NCBI GenBank assembly: GCA_005881595.1
Contig: VBBY01000034.1
Coordinates: 1,308 to 65,307, forward strand
DNA: 64,000 bases
Source of the DNA: Betaproteobacteria bacterium
GTDB lineage: Bacteria; Pseudomonadota; Gammaproteobacteria; Burkholderiales; SG8-39
Reading direction: 5' to 3'
Shown: positions 61,345 to 64,000 of the stretch, piece after piece
Numbering within the stretch: position 1 is the first letter of the stretch
Layout: the number at the start of each line of letters is the position of its first letter
Position numbers and translations under genes: made by a program
The notes under the pieces: model-generated
What the model was told of the DNA's origin: nothing
Database searches by the model: none
The model's input: the letters and a program-made list of their open reading frames with translations, nothing else

Positions 61345-62910
61345 GTGGAGCGCTACGATGCAGTCGTCATCGGCGCCGGGCACAACGGCCTCACCTGTGC
61401 CTGCTATTTGGCGAAGGCCGGCCTCAGGGTAAAAGTGCTCGAGCGCCGCGCCGCCGTCGGCGGCGCGGCAGCCAGCGCGGAGTTCCATCCCGGGTTCCGC
61501 AATTCGGTTGCGGCTTACACCGTCAGCCTGCTGCAGGCCAAGGTGATCCGCGACCTGCGCCTCTCGGAGCATGGCCTGCGCATCGTCGAGCGCCCGCTGG
61601 CCAACTTCCTGCCGCTCGAAAACGGCTATCTGAAGGTAGGCGGCGGCCTGCAAGCCACGCAGCGCGAGCTGGCGCGCTTTTCCGCGCGCGACGCCGAGCG
61701 GCTGCCCCACTATTGGGCGGTCCTGGGGCGTGTTGCGGACGCGCTGCGCGAGCTGGCGCTGCAATGCCCGCCGAACGTCGGCGGCGGCTTCATCGACCTG
61801 CTGCGCGCCCTGAAGGCCGGCAGGCTGCTCAAGGCGCTCGACATGGAGGCGCGACGCGATTTCCTTTTCTTTTTCACGCGCAGCGCCGGCGAGCTGCTCG
61901 AGCAGTGGTTCGAGTCGGAAGGCATCCGCGCGGCGTTCGGCTTTGACGCGGTGGTGGGCAATTACGCTAGCCCTTACCACGCCGGAACGGCGTACGTGCT
62001 GCTTCACCATTCGTTCGGCGAGGTCAACGGCAAGCGCGGCGTGTGGGGACACGCGATCGGCGGCATGGGAGCGATAAGCGAGGCGCTCGCGGCCGAGGCG
62101 CGCCGCCACGGCGTCGACATCGAGTGCAATGCGCGCGTGGTCCGCGTCGCGCAGGGAACGGTGCTGCTGGAGGACGAGCGCAAGATCACGGCGCGCGCGG
62201 TGGTGGCCAACGTGAACCCCAAGCTGCTCTATCTCGAGCTGGTCGACAGGAGCAGCCTGCCGCCGGAGTTCGTCGCCCGGATGCAGCGCTATAAATGCGC
62301 CTCGGCGAGCTTTCGCATGAACGTCGCGCTGTCGGCGCTGCCGCGCTTCGCCTGCCATCCGGAGCCGGGACCGCACCATGCCTCGGGCATCATCATGGCG
62401 CCGTCGCTCGCGTACATGGACTGCGCCTATCTCGATGCGCGCCAGGATGGCATTTCGCGCTCGCCGATCGTCGAGATGGTGATCCAGAGCACGCTCGACG
62501 ATACGCTGGCGCCCAGGGGCGCACATGTCGCGAGCCTGTTCTGCCAGCATTTTGCGCCCGAGGCCGACTGGAGCCTGCGCAAGCAGGAAGCGGTCGAGCG
62601 CATCTTCGATGTGATCGAGTCGCACGCGCCCGGCTTCCGCGCCAGCCTGATCGCCTACAGCGCCCTGTCGCCCGCCGACCTCGAGCGCGACTTCGGCCTC
62701 GTCGGCGGCGACATCTTCCACGGTGCGCTCACGCTGGATCAGCTCTGGTCGGCGCGGCCGCTGCTCGGTTATGCTGATTACCGTGCTCCGCTCGACGGCT
62801 TGTACCTGTGCGGCTCCGGCGCGCATCCCGGCGGCGGCGTGACCGGCGCGCCGGGCCATAATTGCGCGCGGGAAGTGCTGCGCGACCTCGGGCGGCGATT
62901 TCCCGGATAG
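61345..62910 (+). CDS. NAD(P)/FAD-dependent oxidoreductase of the phytoene-desaturase (CrtI-like) family
   Basis: YDAVVIGAGHNGLTCACYLAKAGLRVKVLERR dinucleotide fold and a C-terminal LYLCGSGAHPGGGV motif. GTG start. Confidence 0.85.
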   Translation: MERYDAVVIGAGHNGLTCACYLAKAGLRVKVLERRAAVGGAAASAEFHPGFRNSVAAYTVSLLQAKVIRDLRLSEHGLRIVERPLANFLPLENGYLKVGGGLQATQRELARFSARDAERLPHYWAVLGRVADALRELALQCPPNVGGGFIDLLRALKAGRLLKALDMEARRDFLFFFTRSAGELLEQWFESEGIRAAFGFDAVVGNYASPYHAGTAYVLLHHSFGEVNGKRGVWGHAIGGMGAISEALAAEARRHGVDIECNARVVRVAQGTVLLEDERKITARAVVANVNPKLLYLELVDRSSLPPEFVARMQRYKCASASFRMNVALSALPRFACHPEPGPHHASGIIMAPSLAYMDCAYLDARQDGISRSPIVEMVIQSTLDDTLAPRGAHVASLFCQHFAPEADWSLRKQEAVERIFDVIESHAPGFRASLIAYSALSPADLERDFGLVGGDIFHGALTLDQLWSARPLLGYADYRAPLDGLYLCGSGAHPGGGVTGAPGHNCAREVLRDLGRRFPG

Positions 62911-62928
62911 GCAGCCAAGGAGAAAACC

Positions 62929-63528
62929 ATGCGTGGATTCGGGATGGCGGTTGCGGCGCTCTGTACCCTGCTGTTGTCCGGCTGCGGCTACAACCAGCTG
63001 CAGAGCAGGGACGAGCAGGTGAAGGCGGCGTGGTCCGAGGTACTGAACCAGTATCAACGCCGCGCCGACCTGGTACCGAACCTGGTCAACACGGTGAAGG
63101 GCTTTGCCCAGCAGGAGAAAGACGTCTTCACGCAGGTGACGGCGGCGCGCTCGCGCGTCGGATCGATTCAGGCGACGCCCGAGCTGGTCGACAACCCAGA
63201 GGCGTTCGCTCGGTTCCAGGCGGCGCAGCGCGAGCTCGGCGGCGCGCTCTCGCGCCTGCTGGCGGTTGCCGAGTCCTATCCGCAGCTCAAGTCGGACGCG
63301 AATTTCCGCGACCTGCAGGCGCAGCTCGAAGGCACCGAGAACCGCATCGCGGTGGCGCGCAACCGCTACATCAGGGCGGTGCAGGAGTACAACGTGACGG
63401 TGCGCTCGTTTCCGAGCAACCTGACCGCGATGGTTTTCGGCTTCAAGCCCAAGCCGAATTTCACGGTGGAAAACGAGCAGGAGATCGCGAAGCCGCCGCG
63501 CGTCGATTTCGGCGCCAAGGGCAAGTGA
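62929..63528 (+). CDS. lemA: LemA family protein
   Basis: N-terminal anchor/lipobox-like LLSGCGYNQL, and AWSEVLNQYQRRADLVPNLV ... YNVTVRSFPSN LemA signatures. AAGGAG SD. Confidence 0.9.
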   Translation: MRGFGMAVAALCTLLLSGCGYNQLQSRDEQVKAAWSEVLNQYQRRADLVPNLVNTVKGFAQQEKDVFTQVTAARSRVGSIQATPELVDNPEAFARFQAAQRELGGALSRLLAVAESYPQLKSDANFRDLQAQLEGTENRIAVARNRYIRAVQEYNVTVRSFPSNLTAMVFGFKPKPNFTVENEQEIAKPPRVDFGAKGK

Positions 63529-64000
63529 TCCGGCTCGTCGCGTGGTTTTTCGCCGCCGCGGCGTGGGCGCAGCAGTCCGTGCCGCCGCTCACGGCGCAGG
63601 TCGTGGACCAGACCGGGACCCTGACCACCGAGCAAAAAGCGGCGCTGGAGCGCAAGCTCAGGGAGTTCGAGTTGCGCAAGGGCGCCCAGATCGCCGTGCT
63701 CATGGTGCCGAGCACTGCGCCCGAGCCGATCGAGCAGTACTCGTTGCGCGTCGTCGAGCAGTGGAAGCTGGGCCGCAAAAAGGTCGACGACGGCGCCCTG
63801 CTCATCGTCGCGAAGAACGACCGGGCGCTGCGCATCGAGGTGGGCTACGGTCTGGAGGGCGCGCTCAACGACGCCACCGCCAAGCGCATCGTGAGCGACA
63901 TCATCGCGCCGCGCTTTCGCGACGGCGATTTCTTCGGCGGCGTCAGCGCCGGCGTCGACGCGATGATGGGCGTCATAGAGGGCGAGCCCCTGCCTGCGCC
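63525..64000 (+). CDS. TPM-domain (YgcG-like) protein, 3' end outside the window
   Basis: Not in the ORF track because the window ends before any stop. GTG overlaps the lemA stop. The hand translation gives a signal peptide followed by VVDQTGTLTTEQKAALERKL ... LLIVAKNDRALRIEVGYGLEG, typical of TPM/DUF477. Confidence 0.8.
   Translation, partial: MIRLVAWFFAAAAWAQQSVPPLTAQVVDQTGTLTTEQKAALERKLREFELRKGAQIAVLMVPSTAPEPIEQYSLRVVEQWKLGRKKVDDGALLIVAKNDRALRIEVGYGLEGALNDATAKRIVSDIIAPRFRDGDFFGGVSAGVDAMMGVIEGEPLPA

Overview
This is a visibly GC-rich, tightly packed chromosomal segment that reads as core genome. Gene content and order suggest a betaproteobacterium, which is an inference: Bug/TctC-type tripartite transporter, cyaY | lptM-lysA, mrcA | pilMNOPQ-aroK-aroB-gltBD, engB | cytochrome c4, cutA-dsbD, Burkholderiales-style porin.

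I can support about 57 protein-coding genes. Many are joined by 4-nt ATGA/GTGA stop/start overlaps.

Main blocks, in order:
- The 3' end of a sensor kinase, coupled to glpD and a HAD hydrolase.
- A CoA-transferase / enoyl-CoA hydratase / tctCBA / class-V aminotransferase cluster, divergent from a YdiJ-like FAD/Fe-S oxidoreductase.
- lgt, then a LysR regulator divergent from ilvD.
- DUF924.
- A PA2779-like protein, a DUF255 thioredoxin-fold protein and cytochrome c551.
- A porin.
- The branched-chain amino-acid ABC transporter (binding protein plus livHMGF).
- An orphan DUF1111 di-haem protein.
- cutA-dsbD, hemB, engB.
- Cytochrome c4, cytochrome c-prime, a di-haem cytochrome c, and an ECF sigma / anti-sigma pair.
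- mug, an NYN-LOTUS protein, an RND pump and its adaptor.
- lysA, lptM, cyaY, PBP1A.
- pilMNOPQ, aroK, aroB, gltB, gltD.
- A TPR-methyltransferase.
- glmU, glmS.
- A CrtI-like oxidoreductase, LemA, and a TPM-domain protein truncated by the window end.

Reading both strands, I found no rRNA, tRNA, CRISPR array, transposase, integrase or phage-like gene. I also see no convincing complete novel multi-gene system.

The best leads:
- A sigma-54-type -24/-12 element plus an unannotated small ORF with coding-like codon bias, running antisense into the mug 3' end just after the ECF sigma/anti-sigma pair.
- An overlapping adaptor-RND-NYN/LOTUS-mug gene string.
- A PA2779-like / DUF255 / cytochrome c551 string.
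- A phased TTGTC(GCG) repeat array downstream of livF.

All start codons are inferred from the sequence and ORF track only. No database search was possible, so family names rest on motif recognition.
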